Notes under the pieces: generated by a model
What the model saw: the letters and a program-made list of their open reading frames with translations, nothing else
The model's database searches: none
Told to the model about the DNA's origin: nothing
Origin: Chloroflexota bacterium
GTDB lineage: Bacteria > Chloroflexota > Anaerolineae > Anaerolineales > UBA11579
Direction of reading: 5' to 3'
Assembly (NCBI GenBank): GCA_009391835.1
Contig: QWJF01000006.1
Coordinates: 1,527 to 65,526 of the forward strand
DNA: 64,000 nucleotides
Shown: one piece after another, positions 8,727-20,690 of the stretch
How the letters are laid out: every line of letters starts with the position of its first letter
Numbering within the stretch: the first letter of the stretch is position 1
Made by a program: the position numbers and the translations under genes

Positions 8727-10637
8727 TTAGTCGGTGGCGCGAGCCTGGATCTCGGCCTGAGCCTTGAAATAAGCCTCGGAGAGGCGGTTGAGGGCAATCA
8801 CAAAGCCTTCACCGCTGCGCTGGTGGCCGCGCCAAATCTCAGGCACCATCGTGCCGTGGTAATTCTGCATTACTTTGAAGAAATGCACCCAATCTATGGT
8901 GCCTTCGTTGATTTGCATACCCTCGCCATCCAGCCCGGCGGCATCCGAAAGATGCAGATGGGAGATATAGGGCAGGAGCACAGCTACCTGCTCGTAGAAA
9001 TCCTTGTGGGCCCAATTGCAATAGAGCTTGTGGTGCGAGGTGTCGTAGCACATTTTCAGACCGCGCGGCTCGAGAAAATCGCGCACCTCGTAAGCATCCA
9101 TCATGGCGTTGGTGAGCCATTGGCCACCGAAGTACCAGGGATGCGAGGGTAGATTTTCGACCAGCAGCTCAACGCCGGTGGCATCAATGTCATGGAGCGA
9201 CTTATCCAGATTGTCGTAGAGGCGTTTGGGATTTTCGATGTGATGATCAAGGCTGGCTGCGCCGGGATGGACGACCACCTTCGGGGTTCCCACAAAGGAT
9301 TCGGCCAAACTCCGGGTGACATCAATAGAACGTTGAAGCAGATCCACCGAGGCCTGGCGATGCTGCTCGTCGAAGACACAGAGATCAACCAGGTGGTTGC
9401 CCCAGAATTCGGGGGCATGAACTACGAGGCCGATCTCGTGCTTGCCACCCGTATATTTTTCATCGAGGTCTTTATCTGTGAAGTGGAATTCCAGGATCTT
9501 GGGTGCATAGGTCAGCATGCTCTCGTAATCGTTGTAGCGCACCACGAAGCCCCATTCCATCGGCAGGGTGCTGCCCACATCCAGCGTGACCTGCTCGCCG
9601 AGATCAATATCCAGGAACATTTCGTCCACTTCGAGATCGCGGACGGCGGCACGGCCAAGCAGATCATTCTTGCGTTGGGGGGAAAGCCCCTGGCCAGGGC
9701 CCTTGACGGCGATCATGTCTTCGGTAAGAGTTTCACCGGATTTGATATCGCGGGCGGCCACCAGGCTCTTGGCGAGAACTTCACGATTGAGGATCTCGCC
9801 GCGCGACATAAATTTCTCTTCGCCTGTGCCGAGGGCCGATTCGACATGGCGAATGTCTCGCACCAGCTTGCCAAAACCCTGGGGCTCGAGGCTGGAAGCA
9901 TGGTCAGGGCCATCCATCGTGCGGTCGAGGGTGATATGGCGTTCGATGATACAGGCGCCAAGGGCAGCGGCCACGGTGGAAATGGCGATGCCGCGCTCAT
10001 GGCCGGAATAGCCCACGGGGACGTCAAACTCGCGCAGCTGCTCCATGAAACGCAGATTGATATCTTCGAATGAAGCTGGGTAGGCGCTGTTGCAGTGCAA
10101 CAGGGCAAATTCGACGTTGCGTTTCTTGAGGAAGCTGACCGTCTGGTTGACCTCTTCCATGCGGGACATGCCCGTAGACACAATGAGGGGCTTGCGCTTG
10201 GCAGCCAGGTGCTCGATGAGGGGCAGGTTGATGAGATCGGCGGAGGCCACTTTGTAGGCGGGAACGCCGAGGGTTTCAATTAAATCGGCACTCTCGGGAT
10301 CAAATGCAGAGCAGAGGAAGGTAATGCCCTTGTCCCGGCAATAGGCCACAAGTTTATGATACTGGTCGTCGGAAAGCTCTACTTTCTGGAGAATGGGGAG
10401 TAGATAGTTGAGGTTCTTCTCACCGGCGTTAGCGTTCTCGAGAAATTTGGCGGGGTAAATGTGCTTGAGGCTGCGCTTCTGAAATTTGACCGCATCGGCG
10501 CCGGTGCCCAGGGATGCGTCAATGAGCTCGATAGCCATTTCGAAGATGCCATTGTGGTTGACGCCAATCTCGGCGATGACATAAGCGGGGTGGCCATCGC
10601 CAACCAGGCGGTCGCCAATTTTTAGTTCACGGATCAT
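8727..10637 (-). CDS. neuB: N-acetylneuraminate synthase family (NeuB) fused to SAF domain and C-terminal xylose-isomerase-like TIM barrel
   Basis: IAEIGVNHNG, ADAVKFQK, KVASAD, LHCNSAYP, GYSGHE, IERHITLD, SAF (KSLVAARDI..KGPGQG). C-terminal HAPE, VHPG, VENLP, CYDTSH, HLHLSD, PEIW. Confidence 0.9.
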   Translation of the reverse strand: MIRELKIGDRLVGDGHPAYVIAEIGVNHNGIFEMAIELIDASLGTGADAVKFQKRSLKHIYPAKFLENANAGEKNLNYLLPILQKVELSDDQYHKLVAYCRDKGITFLCSAFDPESADLIETLGVPAYKVASADLINLPLIEHLAAKRKPLIVSTGMSRMEEVNQTVSFLKKRNVEFALLHCNSAYPASFEDINLRFMEQLREFDVPVGYSGHERGIAISTVAAALGACIIERHITLDRTMDGPDHASSLEPQGFGKLVRDIRHVESALGTGEEKFMSRGEILNREVLAKSLVAARDIKSGETLTEDMIAVKGPGQGLSPQRKNDLLGRAAVRDLEVDEMFLDIDLGEQVTLDVGSTLPMEWGFVVRYNDYESMLTYAPKILEFHFTDKDLDEKYTGGKHEIGLVVHAPEFWGNHLVDLCVFDEQHRQASVDLLQRSIDVTRSLAESFVGTPKVVVHPGAASLDHHIENPKRLYDNLDKSLHDIDATGVELLVENLPSHPWYFGGQWLTNAMMDAYEVRDFLEPRGLKMCYDTSHHKLYCNWAHKDFYEQVAVLLPYISHLHLSDAAGLDGEGMQINEGTIDWVHFFKVMQNYHGTMVPEIWRGHQRSGEGFVIALNRLSEAYFKAQAEIQARATD

Positions 10638-11884
10638 GCAGCGCTCCTTGAGTGCGTTGCCGTACTGTTTCCAGATAGTATCAAATCGCAGAGCTCGCGG
10701 ACGGCGCCGCGCCCGCCGGGGCGTGTGAGGCGCAGATCAGCGGCGCGCAGCACTTCAGGATGGGCATCGGCCACCACGGCTGCGCATGCCACCAGCTCGA
10801 AACAGGGCAGGTCTTTGACATCGTGGCCAGCGAAGACTACCTGTTCGGTAGGGATTTTTAATTCTTTGAGCAGGGCGCTTAGTGCAGACGCTTTATCGTC
10901 GACGCCCTGCTGGAAGGGGATGCCCAATTTCTGGCAGCGAGCGGCGACCACCGAGTTACGTTCCTTGGAGAGCACGTAGACCTGGATGCCAGCCGTCTTG
11001 AGCAGGCCGATACCATAGCCTTCGCCGCGGTGGGCGGCGACCTGTTCACGCCCTTCGGCATCCACCCACACGCGATCATCGGTTAGAGTGCCGTCAAAAT
11101 CGAGGACGAGCAGGCGCACGTCGGCCGGCAACGGGCGCGGGGCGCGGCTGGGCCAGACAATATCGAGCTGCTCGGACGTGACGTAGGCCGCGGCGCGGTG
11201 CAAATCGTTGAGCGTGTCAATATCCACCGTGTAGCTGGGATCAATCAAGAGCGGATAAATGCTGGAGCCGCTCATGCTGCCCTTGTCGAGGATGGTGGCG
11301 GCGCGGATGGCATCAATGTGGCCGGTTTGCCAGTAAATATCGGGGAGCGCCTGTCGGGGGGCATTGTGGGATTCGGGAATGCCCTCCACGCGGAGCAAGG
11401 GCTGCATGGGTGCGCCTTCTTTGAGCTGCCACATTTTGTGCGGGCTCTGGCCGGCGAGCACCACGCCGCGCACCGAATCGGCCTCGGGATGGTCCTGGAG
11501 CAAATCCAGGGCGCGGTCAATCAGGCCGGGTGGGCGGAGCGGCGACGTGGGGCGCAACTGGATAACCACATTGGGATGATAGTTCTCGTTTTCGGCCAGC
11601 CAGGCGAGCGCATGTTGGAAGACGGGCAAGTCGATGGTGTCGTCCTGTGCGTGCTCGGCGGGGCGCATGAAGGGCAGCTCGGCGCCATATTGGCGAGCGA
11701 CAGCGGCGATCTCTTCGCTATCCGTAGACACGATGGTGCGAGTGACGCCCTCGGCCTGCAAAGCGGCGGCAATGCTGTAAGCGATCAATGGGTAGCCAAC
11801 GAAGGGCTGGATGTTCTTGCCCGGAATGGTTTTCGAGCCGCCGCGCGCCGGGATGATGGCGAGAACTTCGGGTTGCTTAGCCAT
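10634..11884 (-). CDS. neuA: CMP-nonulosonate synthetase (NeuA) fused to KdsC-like HAD phosphatase
   Basis: IIPARGGSKTIPGKN, VSTDS, QLRPTSPLR, VDIDT. C-terminal LVLDFDGTLTD...GGRGAVRE. Start set to ATG 11884. Confidence 0.9.
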   Translation of the reverse strand: MAKQPEVLAIIPARGGSKTIPGKNIQPFVGYPLIAYSIAAALQAEGVTRTIVSTDSEEIAAVARQYGAELPFMRPAEHAQDDTIDLPVFQHALAWLAENENYHPNVVIQLRPTSPLRPPGLIDRALDLLQDHPEADSVRGVVLAGQSPHKMWQLKEGAPMQPLLRVEGIPESHNAPRQALPDIYWQTGHIDAIRAATILDKGSMSGSSIYPLLIDPSYTVDIDTLNDLHRAAAYVTSEQLDIVWPSRAPRPLPADVRLLVLDFDGTLTDDRVWVDAEGREQVAAHRGEGYGIGLLKTAGIQVYVLSKERNSVVAARCQKLGIPFQQGVDDKASALSALLKELKIPTEQVVFAGHDVKDLPCFELVACAAVVADAHPEVLRAADLRLTRPGGRGAVRELCDLILSGNSTATHSRSAA

Positions 11885-13520
11885 TGGGCTGCTCCGCATC
11901 CAAGCTGGGACCGACATAGCGATAGACGTGCCAGCCGTAGGGTTCGAGGACCTCAACGAACTGGTAGTTAGCCTGGATATAGACATAGAGCGGGCGCACC
12001 ACTTCGATGACTTTATCCAGATTGCGCACGCCAATCTCTGGATAGGTGACGCGTTTAATGGTGGTGTCGATAATGACGGGATGGCTACGCTCAATATCCT
12101 GAATGTAGCCGTCAATCATCTCAGGTGTGGCATAGCCGGGGGTGAAGAAATGATCCTGAAAAATATGCCGTGATGGCACGTCATGGCCGCTAAGCCAATT
12201 AATGGCAAGTAGCTTGCCCCAGAACAAAATGTCTTCATTGGGGCCGACATGCTTGGTGATGTAATCCAGGGCTGGGCCAAAGCGGGAGCCGGTAACATCC
12301 ACGGGAGGCAAGCCGCGGGCGGCCACGGAAGCCGAAATGGTTTCCTTTGCGGGGGGCAGGATGCCGAGCAGGGGAACCAAGCTGATCGCCATCACCATGC
12401 TAAGCGTGAGCACCTTGGCAAATTGTCCGCGAGTACCGGGCTTTCGAGCGACCTCGCCTTGCTTAAGAATCACATAGAGCAAGTAGGCCGCGGCTAGGCC
12501 GAATACGGGGAGCCAGGACATAAAGTAATGGGGGAAACCGCGCCCGGAAAGACTGGTGAGCAATAACTCCAGCGGCAGGGCGATAAACAACACCGCTAGC
12601 AGCGCAGGGTGTTGAGCCTTATCACTGTGCTCTAGCCTGCCGACTAGCGCCAGACCACTGAGCAGCCAACCCGCCAGTGCAATGCTTTGCAGGAGAGGTA
12701 GGCGCCTGAGGCCGAAGATCACGCTAGCATGACGATCAGCTGCGGTGGTATCCGAATAGATTAGGTTGTAATAGAAGGAGGCGTCCCATAGGCCGGGAAG
12801 GGCATTCTGCGCCCGGAAGGCAAGTATTACGAGCAGGCTGAGGCTGAGAAAGCCAGCCAGGATTGCGGCGATGCGCTTCCAGGCGAGGCGATCTTTTGTG
12901 ACCAGCGCCTCCCAAAGCAGAAACAAGCCGATTGCCATCGAGATGCCGATCATGTTCGCGCGATCCCAAAATGCGAGGGCGGCGACCAAGCCAAGCGCAA
13001 ATTCCAGCCAGCGATGCTCCGCGCGGCGCGCCGCCATAAAGAGCGCCAGCATGCCAAATTGCATGGGCAGGGCATATTCTTCGGTGAGGTTGCCGCCATC
13101 CAGCACGGTGGGCAGCGCGGTGAGCCAGGCGACCGAGCCAAAGAGGGCCGGCCAGGCCCCAAAGGCCTTGGCGATCAACTGGTAGCCAATCAGGGCAGCC
13201 GCGCCGACAGCCAATACCTCAAGCAGCCAGACGCCCCAGCGTGATCCGCCAGCGAGCGCGAGGCCAAGGGCGTTCACATAGAAAATCATAGGGCCCTTGT
13301 GGTCCCAGACATCGTTGTAGAGTGTGGCGCCGTCATTGATTTTTTGACCGGCGTAGAGGAAAATGCCCGAATCCGTGCCGGGATTGGGTTGGCGATGGGG
13401 CGAGACATCCATAAGAATGAAGAGGGCCAGAATAGCCAGAACCAGCTGCGGGAGCCAGGCACGCAGCCGTAGGTTGCCGATAGCCCTGATTTTATTTTTG
13501 GCGACTGCCATAGCACTCAC
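11877..13520 (-). CDS. GT-C (ArnT/PMT-like) integral membrane glycosyltransferase
   Basis: DSGIFLYAGQKI..LYNDVWDHKGP first-loop motif, NLTEEY, HYF and many hydrophobic helices. Confidence 0.75.
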   Translation of the reverse strand: MSAMAVAKNKIRAIGNLRLRAWLPQLVLAILALFILMDVSPHRQPNPGTDSGIFLYAGQKINDGATLYNDVWDHKGPMIFYVNALGLALAGGSRWGVWLLEVLAVGAAALIGYQLIAKAFGAWPALFGSVAWLTALPTVLDGGNLTEEYALPMQFGMLALFMAARRAEHRWLEFALGLVAALAFWDRANMIGISMAIGLFLLWEALVTKDRLAWKRIAAILAGFLSLSLLVILAFRAQNALPGLWDASFYYNLIYSDTTAADRHASVIFGLRRLPLLQSIALAGWLLSGLALVGRLEHSDKAQHPALLAVLFIALPLELLLTSLSGRGFPHYFMSWLPVFGLAAAYLLYVILKQGEVARKPGTRGQFAKVLTLSMVMAISLVPLLGILPPAKETISASVAARGLPPVDVTGSRFGPALDYITKHVGPNEDILFWGKLLAINWLSGHDVPSRHIFQDHFFTPGYATPEMIDGYIQDIERSHPVIIDTTIKRVTYPEIGVRNLDKVIEVVRPLYVYIQANYQFVEVLEPYGWHVYRYVGPSLDAEQPNG

Positions 13521-14341
13521 CAAGCGGTCCAGCCCCCATCCACAACGAGGTTGGCGCCGGTCATGTAGCTGGAGGCATCCGAGGCGAGAAAGAGCAGCGC
13601 GCCATTCATCTCGTGCGGCTGGGCCATACGACCCAACACGGCGCGGGCCGAATAGGCTTCAATGAATTCGGCATCCTGCGTGTTTTGCACGCCGCCAGGC
13701 GTGAGAGCATTTACCCGAATGCTGCGATCTCCATAGGTGGTGGCCAGGTATTTGGTGAGCCCGAGGATGCCAGCCTTGGTCACCGTGTAATCCACGGGCT
13801 TGTAGGAGGGCGGCTGGCCTTTACGCTGATAAATGCGTTGGTCCGGGCCACCAAGGCCGTAGGTGGAGCAAAGGTTAATGATCACGCCGCCACCCACTTT
13901 GAGCATATGGCGCACGGCCGCCTGTGAGCAGAGGAAGGCGCCGTTCAGATTAACATCCAGAGCGGCCTGCCAATCCGCGAAATCGTAGTTCTCGAAGGCA
14001 CTGCTACGTTTGTCCTTCTGGGCAGCATCAAACTTGGGATCGAGGGCGGCGCTATTGACGAGGATATCGAAGCCGCCAAAAGCCTTAAGAGCCGCAGCAG
14101 CCATCTGATCTACGGATTCCGGTTGGGTGATATCGGTGGGCTGAGCCAGCGCGCGGCCGCCATCGGCCGAAATCTCTTCAGCCACCTTGCCTGCAGCTTC
14201 GGCATTGACATCAACAACCAGCACGGCCGCGCCAGCTCCTGAGAGCGAAGCGCAGAACTGGCGCCCCAATTGGCCCCCGCCGCCGGTTACAACGGCGGTG
14301 CGTCCGCTCAGATCAAAGGATTGGGCCAGCTCGGCTTTCAA
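13517..14341 (-). CDS. SDR oxidoreductase, PtmA-like (nonulosonate-locus type)
   Basis: TGGGGQLG, LVNSAA, STYG..PDQRIY, KPVDYTVTK (YxxxK), RVNALTPGG, VDGGWTAW. Confidence 0.85.
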   Translation of the reverse strand: MKAELAQSFDLSGRTAVVTGGGGQLGRQFCASLSGAGAAVLVVDVNAEAAGKVAEEISADGGRALAQPTDITQPESVDQMAAAALKAFGGFDILVNSAALDPKFDAAQKDKRSSAFENYDFADWQAALDVNLNGAFLCSQAAVRHMLKVGGGVIINLCSTYGLGGPDQRIYQRKGQPPSYKPVDYTVTKAGILGLTKYLATTYGDRSIRVNALTPGGVQNTQDAEFIEAYSARAVLGRMAQPHEMNGALLFLASDASSYMTGANLVVDGGWTAW

Positions 14342-14355
14342 ATCAGTCCTTACGG

Positions 14356-16131
<1,776 letters not shown>

Positions 16132-16211
16132 CTAATTATTTTATCTGGCAATTATGTGGCCAGATGGATTTTGACGTTGCAGGCAATTCTGAAACATCGA
16201 TTAGTGTGCCC

Positions 16212-16238
16212 AAAAACAGCCTGCTCAAGAGCAGGCTG
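16212..16238 (-). terminator. Rho-independent terminator between the Gfo/Idh/MocA gene and sat
   Basis: On the minus strand, CAGCCTGCTC-TT-GAGCAGGCTG is a perfect inverted repeat followed by TTTTT. Confidence 0.75.
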
Positions 16239-16306
16239 CGAGTGCAACGTGGCGCTCATAATACCACGCTGACATTGCAATTGGGCCTGCCCGTATTAAT
16301 AACGAA

Positions 16307-17299
16307 CTAGAAATCAATACGCAATCCTGACGCTGCCGAATCGTGAACCGCGAGCGCAATTTCGAGGGCGCGGCGCCCATCTTCCAACGTGGTGAGAGGG
16401 TCTGACTTACCGGTAACCATGTCCAAAAAGTGGCTGGTTTGGGCCAAAAACATCTGATTGCGCTCATAATCACGAGCCGGTGGTATCTCTTCTTTTTGGC
16501 CGGTGGCATTGTCATACAACTTTACGTAGCCGGTAGTATCGTCCCACTGGATATAGCCGTCGGTGCAAAGAATTTCCAGCCAGTGTGCCTTGGGGCGCTG
16601 GAGGTAATCAAGCTGCACGGTGCCGGTGACCCCGCCTGCGAAGGCCAGACGGGCCTCAGCCTGCTCCTCAACTTCAATTTCGAGAATGCCGCGGTTGTGC
16701 GTGAAGCCGTGCACGCTGCGCACCTCCCCCAGCAACCAGCGCAGATAATCAAAGGGGTGGCACAGGGTGAGAACCACGCCTCCGCCCAAATCGTTGCGGG
16801 CACTATAGCTCTTGCGGTAGTCCTCCCAGGGATGCCAATCAGGGAGATATTCGCCCCAATGAACACGGGCAATGAGTGGCGCACCGAGAGCGCCGGAAGT
16901 GAGGCGCTCTTTGGCTAATCGAAGGCCGGGGTTGAAGCGGAACTGAAAGCCCATCAAAAACTTGCCGCCACCTTCGGCAAGCGCCTGCTGCAATTCGTCC
17001 ATCTGATCAAGGCTTTGGGCAATGGGTTTTTCAACCAGCAGGTGCGCACCAGCGCGGGCAGCGGGGATGGCGACATCCATATGTAGGGCCGTAGGGTTGG
17101 CCGCGATGACAGCATCGGGTTGATGGGCGAGGGCAGCCTCTAGATCAGTTTCGACAATGAAACCTTCCAGATCCCTTTCTTGCTCCGGGAGACGGCTTTT
17201 TCCCGAACGATAGAAGAGGATATCGTGCTGGTCGAGGGACTTCAGATTTTGAAAGTGGCGGCGGCCGATGGAGCCAAAGCCGGCGATAAGAAATTTCAT
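16307..17299 (-). CDS. Gfo/Idh/MocA family oxidoreductase
   Basis: IAGFGSIGRRH, LVEKP, GFQFRF, YLPDWHPWEDYRKSYSA..LGGGV..LCHPFD. Confidence 0.9.
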   Translation of the reverse strand: MKFLIAGFGSIGRRHFQNLKSLDQHDILFYRSGKSRLPEQERDLEGFIVETDLEAALAHQPDAVIAANPTALHMDVAIPAARAGAHLLVEKPIAQSLDQMDELQQALAEGGGKFLMGFQFRFNPGLRLAKERLTSGALGAPLIARVHWGEYLPDWHPWEDYRKSYSARNDLGGGVVLTLCHPFDYLRWLLGEVRSVHGFTHNRGILEIEVEEQAEARLAFAGGVTGTVQLDYLQRPKAHWLEILCTDGYIQWDDTTGYVKLYDNATGQKEEIPPARDYERNQMFLAQTSHFLDMVTGKSDPLTTLEDGRRALEIALAVHDSAASGLRIDF

Positions 17300-17303
17300 T
17301 CAG

Positions 17304-18323
17304 CTACCAATCCAGGGACTCTTCGTAGCCCCAATCTATGAGAGTTTGGCCGGCGATCTGCTTGACCACAGTTTTATCGGACTGGGTAAAGAACTCGCGC
17401 CAAGAGCCAGTTTTGCCCTTTTCGAGGGCTTGGGCAAGCTCAGGGGCCTTCTCTTGCTGCCAATCGGCATCCGGGTTGCTCTGCATTTCGGCGAGCACCT
17501 TCTCTTCCATTGTGCTGGGTTCAGCATCCAGCATACGCCAGATGCGGGCGACCATCTCGAAGGGGCGAGCGAGCAAATCTTCGTAGCGTAGCGCGTAGTA
17601 GCGGTCGGCGAAGAGCTGGCGGCCAAGGGCGTGCGTATCGGTAACGTTGTCTACCCAACTGTGGGCCATACGTTTGAGTGCGGCGGGGGTGTAGAGTGAG
17701 CGCTTGCCAGCCAGATAAGGAGCGGGGTCGTGGGCAAAATCATCGCGGATGCGCAGATCGGCGCGCTTGAGGAACTGAGGGCCATCAATGAAATTCTGGA
17801 AACGGTGCGAGATGAGGGCATCGCGCCCATCGCGGACAATATAGATGAGGAAGGCGTCCGGATAGAGACAGACGAGTTCTTCGACGGCTTGACCGCCAAG
17901 AATCACATTGGGGCTTTTATCGCCGACGATGGTTTTGCCCTCGCGGGCAGCATCGCGCTCCAGGATGTAATCGCTCATGGCGCGCAGCGCAACGGGGGAG
18001 AGATCGCGGCCGCGATTCCAGCGATTGCTGCGGCGGTTGAGCCAATCCTCAAAACGTTGCTCGGCGAGCAGGCCGCTGAGTAAGGGCGGACGGGTGAAGA
18101 AATGGGCCTGCCAGTTGCAGTGCACGTCCGGATGCAGGCGGATAAGGCGGGCAAGCAGCGTGGTGCCAGAGCGGGCGTGGCCGAAGATGAAGAACTTGGG
18201 CATGGGGAAGAAACGTTGGGCTTCGGCGACCTCGTCCGGGGCGATGGCGGGAATTTCGCGTAGTCCGTGGGGTTGGGCGCGGCCGGTGAGCAGCAGGCGC
18301 AAGGCGCTAGTGAGGCGGTTCAT
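17304..18323 (-). CDS. Sulfotransferase
   Basis: FIFGHARSGTTLL, GDKSP, IVRDGRDALIS, LRYEDL, KGKTGSW. Start at ATG 18323 overlaps the upstream stop. Confidence 0.9.
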   Translation of the reverse strand: MNRLTSALRLLLTGRAQPHGLREIPAIAPDEVAEAQRFFPMPKFFIFGHARSGTTLLARLIRLHPDVHCNWQAHFFTRPPLLSGLLAEQRFEDWLNRRSNRWNRGRDLSPVALRAMSDYILERDAAREGKTIVGDKSPNVILGGQAVEELVCLYPDAFLIYIVRDGRDALISHRFQNFIDGPQFLKRADLRIRDDFAHDPAPYLAGKRSLYTPAALKRMAHSWVDNVTDTHALGRQLFADRYYALRYEDLLARPFEMVARIWRMLDAEPSTMEEKVLAEMQSNPDADWQQEKAPELAQALEKGKTGSWREFFTQSDKTVVKQIAGQTLIDWGYEESLDW

Positions 18324-19762
18324 TGGGCGTGCTTTCCGATGCGGGAGAGCAGATATTCGCCCGTGCGGCGACCGGCACTGCCATCTGTGTAAGTGCATTC
18401 GCGAGCGATAAAGGCCTGGCGCTTGCTCATTTGAGCCTCTGGATTTTCGAGGTAGTAATTGAGGGCGGCGCGCAGTTCGTCTGGGGTGAGGGCCACGCGG
18501 CCAGCCCCGGATTGGCGAAAACGCTGGTGGGTGGGCCAGCGGCCAATGGCGGAGAGGGGCAAGGTGAGATTGTTGGGCCAGCCCTCCTCGGAATCAATGC
18601 AGGCGGCGACCACCGGACGGTTGTGGACGGATGCTTCGACCACCATCGTGGAGTAGACGGTGACGAAAACATCCGAAAGGGCCAGCATTGAAGCTTTCTC
18701 GGGCATATCTTCGCCGGAATAATAACCCAGGGAGCCGCCGAGGGGCACGGGTTCGACAACGTGGACGTGGGGATGTTTGGCTGCCAAAGCCTGAATCTGT
18801 TCGCGCTCGCTGGCAAAGCGGGCCACGTCGGCAAAATGGTTAGGGTGCAGGCGGACAAGCAATTGGGCAGGCCGGGCAAGTTGATCAGCAGAGATCAGTT
18901 CAACGAGGGCCTCAATGTTCTGAATGTTGGGCGAATAGGTAATGAAACTGCTGGCGTAGGCAATCAGGGCAAGCTTGGGATCCAGGCCGTGGTGCTTGAA
19001 ATAGTCGGCACGGGTTAATTGCCAGCGGTGCTCGAAATAACCATCGTAGGAGGGGATGCCAGCGATGTTGACTTGCTCAGATCGCCAATCGTCGCCACGA
19101 ACCAGCTCATCTTTTTGGATATCCGACCAGCAGGTGATCCAATCCATATCGGCGCCGGGCAGGCTGTAGCTGCTGGGATTGTCCCAGCCGACAATGACGG
19201 AGGCGGTGGGGATGCCGCGAGCGGCCGCCTCGCGCAGCAGGTAGCGATCCAGGCGCCAACCCGGCGTGCTGGCGATGACCAGTTCGGGCTGGTAGTGTTC
19301 GAAGAGATCCGAGTAGATGCTGGGGGTGAAGCGGCGCTGCAGGCGGGCAAGCAGGCGGCGAAGGAGCCGCGAGCGACGGATGATCCAGACGAGGACATTG
19401 ATGAAGACAAGCAGGAAGCGGCGGCGGGGGCCAGCGTCCTCCTTGACCAGCAGCAGATTGCTATCCACGGCTTCGAGATTGATGCGGGCGGAGGGCGCCG
19501 CGCGGCGCAGATAGTCCAGCCACCATTGAGCGCTGGTGGCATGGGAGCTAAAGTAAGCCTGCGCCTGATCGAGGCGCAAGCCCTCAATGACGAGACCATC
19601 CCGGCCAAAGCGTTCGCGAATGCGCTCGGTGAGGGCATCGTCGGTGAGCAGCACGACTTCGACGCCCCCCGCAATCAAGGTGTCGACCACATCACTTTGC
19701 AGGAAGTAGACAATGGCGAGGCCGTGATCGGCGCTGATGAAGACGCGGCGAGGATCAGTCAT
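18320..19762 (-). CDS. GT-B protein, CDP-glycerol glycerophosphotransferase / KpsS-like
   Basis: VGWDNPSS, GIPSYD, LLVRLHP, SDVFVTVYSTMVVEA. Start set to ATG 19762. Confidence 0.65.
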   Translation of the reverse strand: MTDPRRVFISADHGLAIVYFLQSDVVDTLIAGGVEVVLLTDDALTERIRERFGRDGLVIEGLRLDQAQAYFSSHATSAQWWLDYLRRAAPSARINLEAVDSNLLLVKEDAGPRRRFLLVFINVLVWIIRRSRLLRRLLARLQRRFTPSIYSDLFEHYQPELVIASTPGWRLDRYLLREAAARGIPTASVIVGWDNPSSYSLPGADMDWITCWSDIQKDELVRGDDWRSEQVNIAGIPSYDGYFEHRWQLTRADYFKHHGLDPKLALIAYASSFITYSPNIQNIEALVELISADQLARPAQLLVRLHPNHFADVARFASEREQIQALAAKHPHVHVVEPVPLGGSLGYYSGEDMPEKASMLALSDVFVTVYSTMVVEASVHNRPVVAACIDSEEGWPNNLTLPLSAIGRWPTHQRFRQSGAGRVALTPDELRAALNYYLENPEAQMSKRQAFIARECTYTDGSAGRRTGEYLLSRIGKHAQ

Positions 19763-20690
19763 TGCGGTAAAGGAGGGTAAAGATGCGGTCATAGATCCAT
19801 TGCAGTAGCTTGCGTAATGGGCCGCGCAGGCGGCGGACACGGCGCGGCTTGGCTGGAGAAAGGCTCCCATCGGGTAGCGTGTTGCCCATATGCTCGACGT
19901 AGCACTCAGGCGTGCTGAGGCGCAGATAGCCTTTGGAGTTAATCAATTCGTCCAGTAGGCGGACGCGGCCCATCGGGCGCTCGGCGGGGATAGGCAAGAT
20001 GGCTTCGAGGGCGGCTTTGGGGGCCGCAAATTGAAAGTGCGCTGCGCCGATAAAATAGCGCGCTTTGCCCTTGCTGATCTGGATGGTAGGGTTGAAGTCG
20101 TAGAAAGCGCGGGCGGTGGGTTCATCGTCGCCCAGGGTGCGAGCGTGACGCCAGAATTCCTGCCAGGTAATCAGCGGGCCGCGTTCCAGCTTGACATTCT
20201 TTTGGGCGTTGGCCCAATCAATCGTGGCGCTGGAAAATTTCTCGGGGGTCAGAATGGGTAGCCCGGAAACCATGCCTGCCTGCGGGAAAGCTTTGAGCGC
20301 GGCCAAATGGGCTGGCAGCCAACCGGGGTGGAAGAACACGTCACTATCGGCGTAGACCACCACGTTGCCAGGCGCGGCGGCCAAGGCGATGTTCCAGGCG
20401 CCGGCTTTACCGAAATTACGTTCGGAGAGCGTGAGGTATTGGATGCGGCCGGCGGCCTGTTCCTCCAGCAAGTAAGCGCGCACCTCTGCGCAGGAGCCAT
20501 TGTCGAAAAGCATCAGATCGTAATCGCCATCCGTGTTGGCGGCGATGCTGCCCAGGCAGCGCTTGAGAATTTCAAGGCTTTGGGCGTAGTAGCCCGCCAG
20601 GAAGGGGATGTAGCTGATGACTACCACGGTAACCGGGGCAGGCGGCGCGATGCTTTCCACTGATTTAACAGGATTCTGACCGACGCGCAT
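19755..20690 (-). CDS. GT2/GT-A family glycosyltransferase
   Basis: LFDNGS, NFGKAGAWN, YADSDV (DxD). Confidence 0.85.
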   Translation of the reverse strand: MRVGQNPVKSVESIAPPAPVTVVVISYIPFLAGYYAQSLEILKRCLGSIAANTDGDYDLMLFDNGSCAEVRAYLLEEQAAGRIQYLTLSERNFGKAGAWNIALAAAPGNVVVYADSDVFFHPGWLPAHLAALKAFPQAGMVSGLPILTPEKFSSATIDWANAQKNVKLERGPLITWQEFWRHARTLGDDEPTARAFYDFNPTIQISKGKARYFIGAAHFQFAAPKAALEAILPIPAERPMGRVRLLDELINSKGYLRLSTPECYVEHMGNTLPDGSLSPAKPRRVRRLRGPLRKLLQWIYDRIFTLLYRND

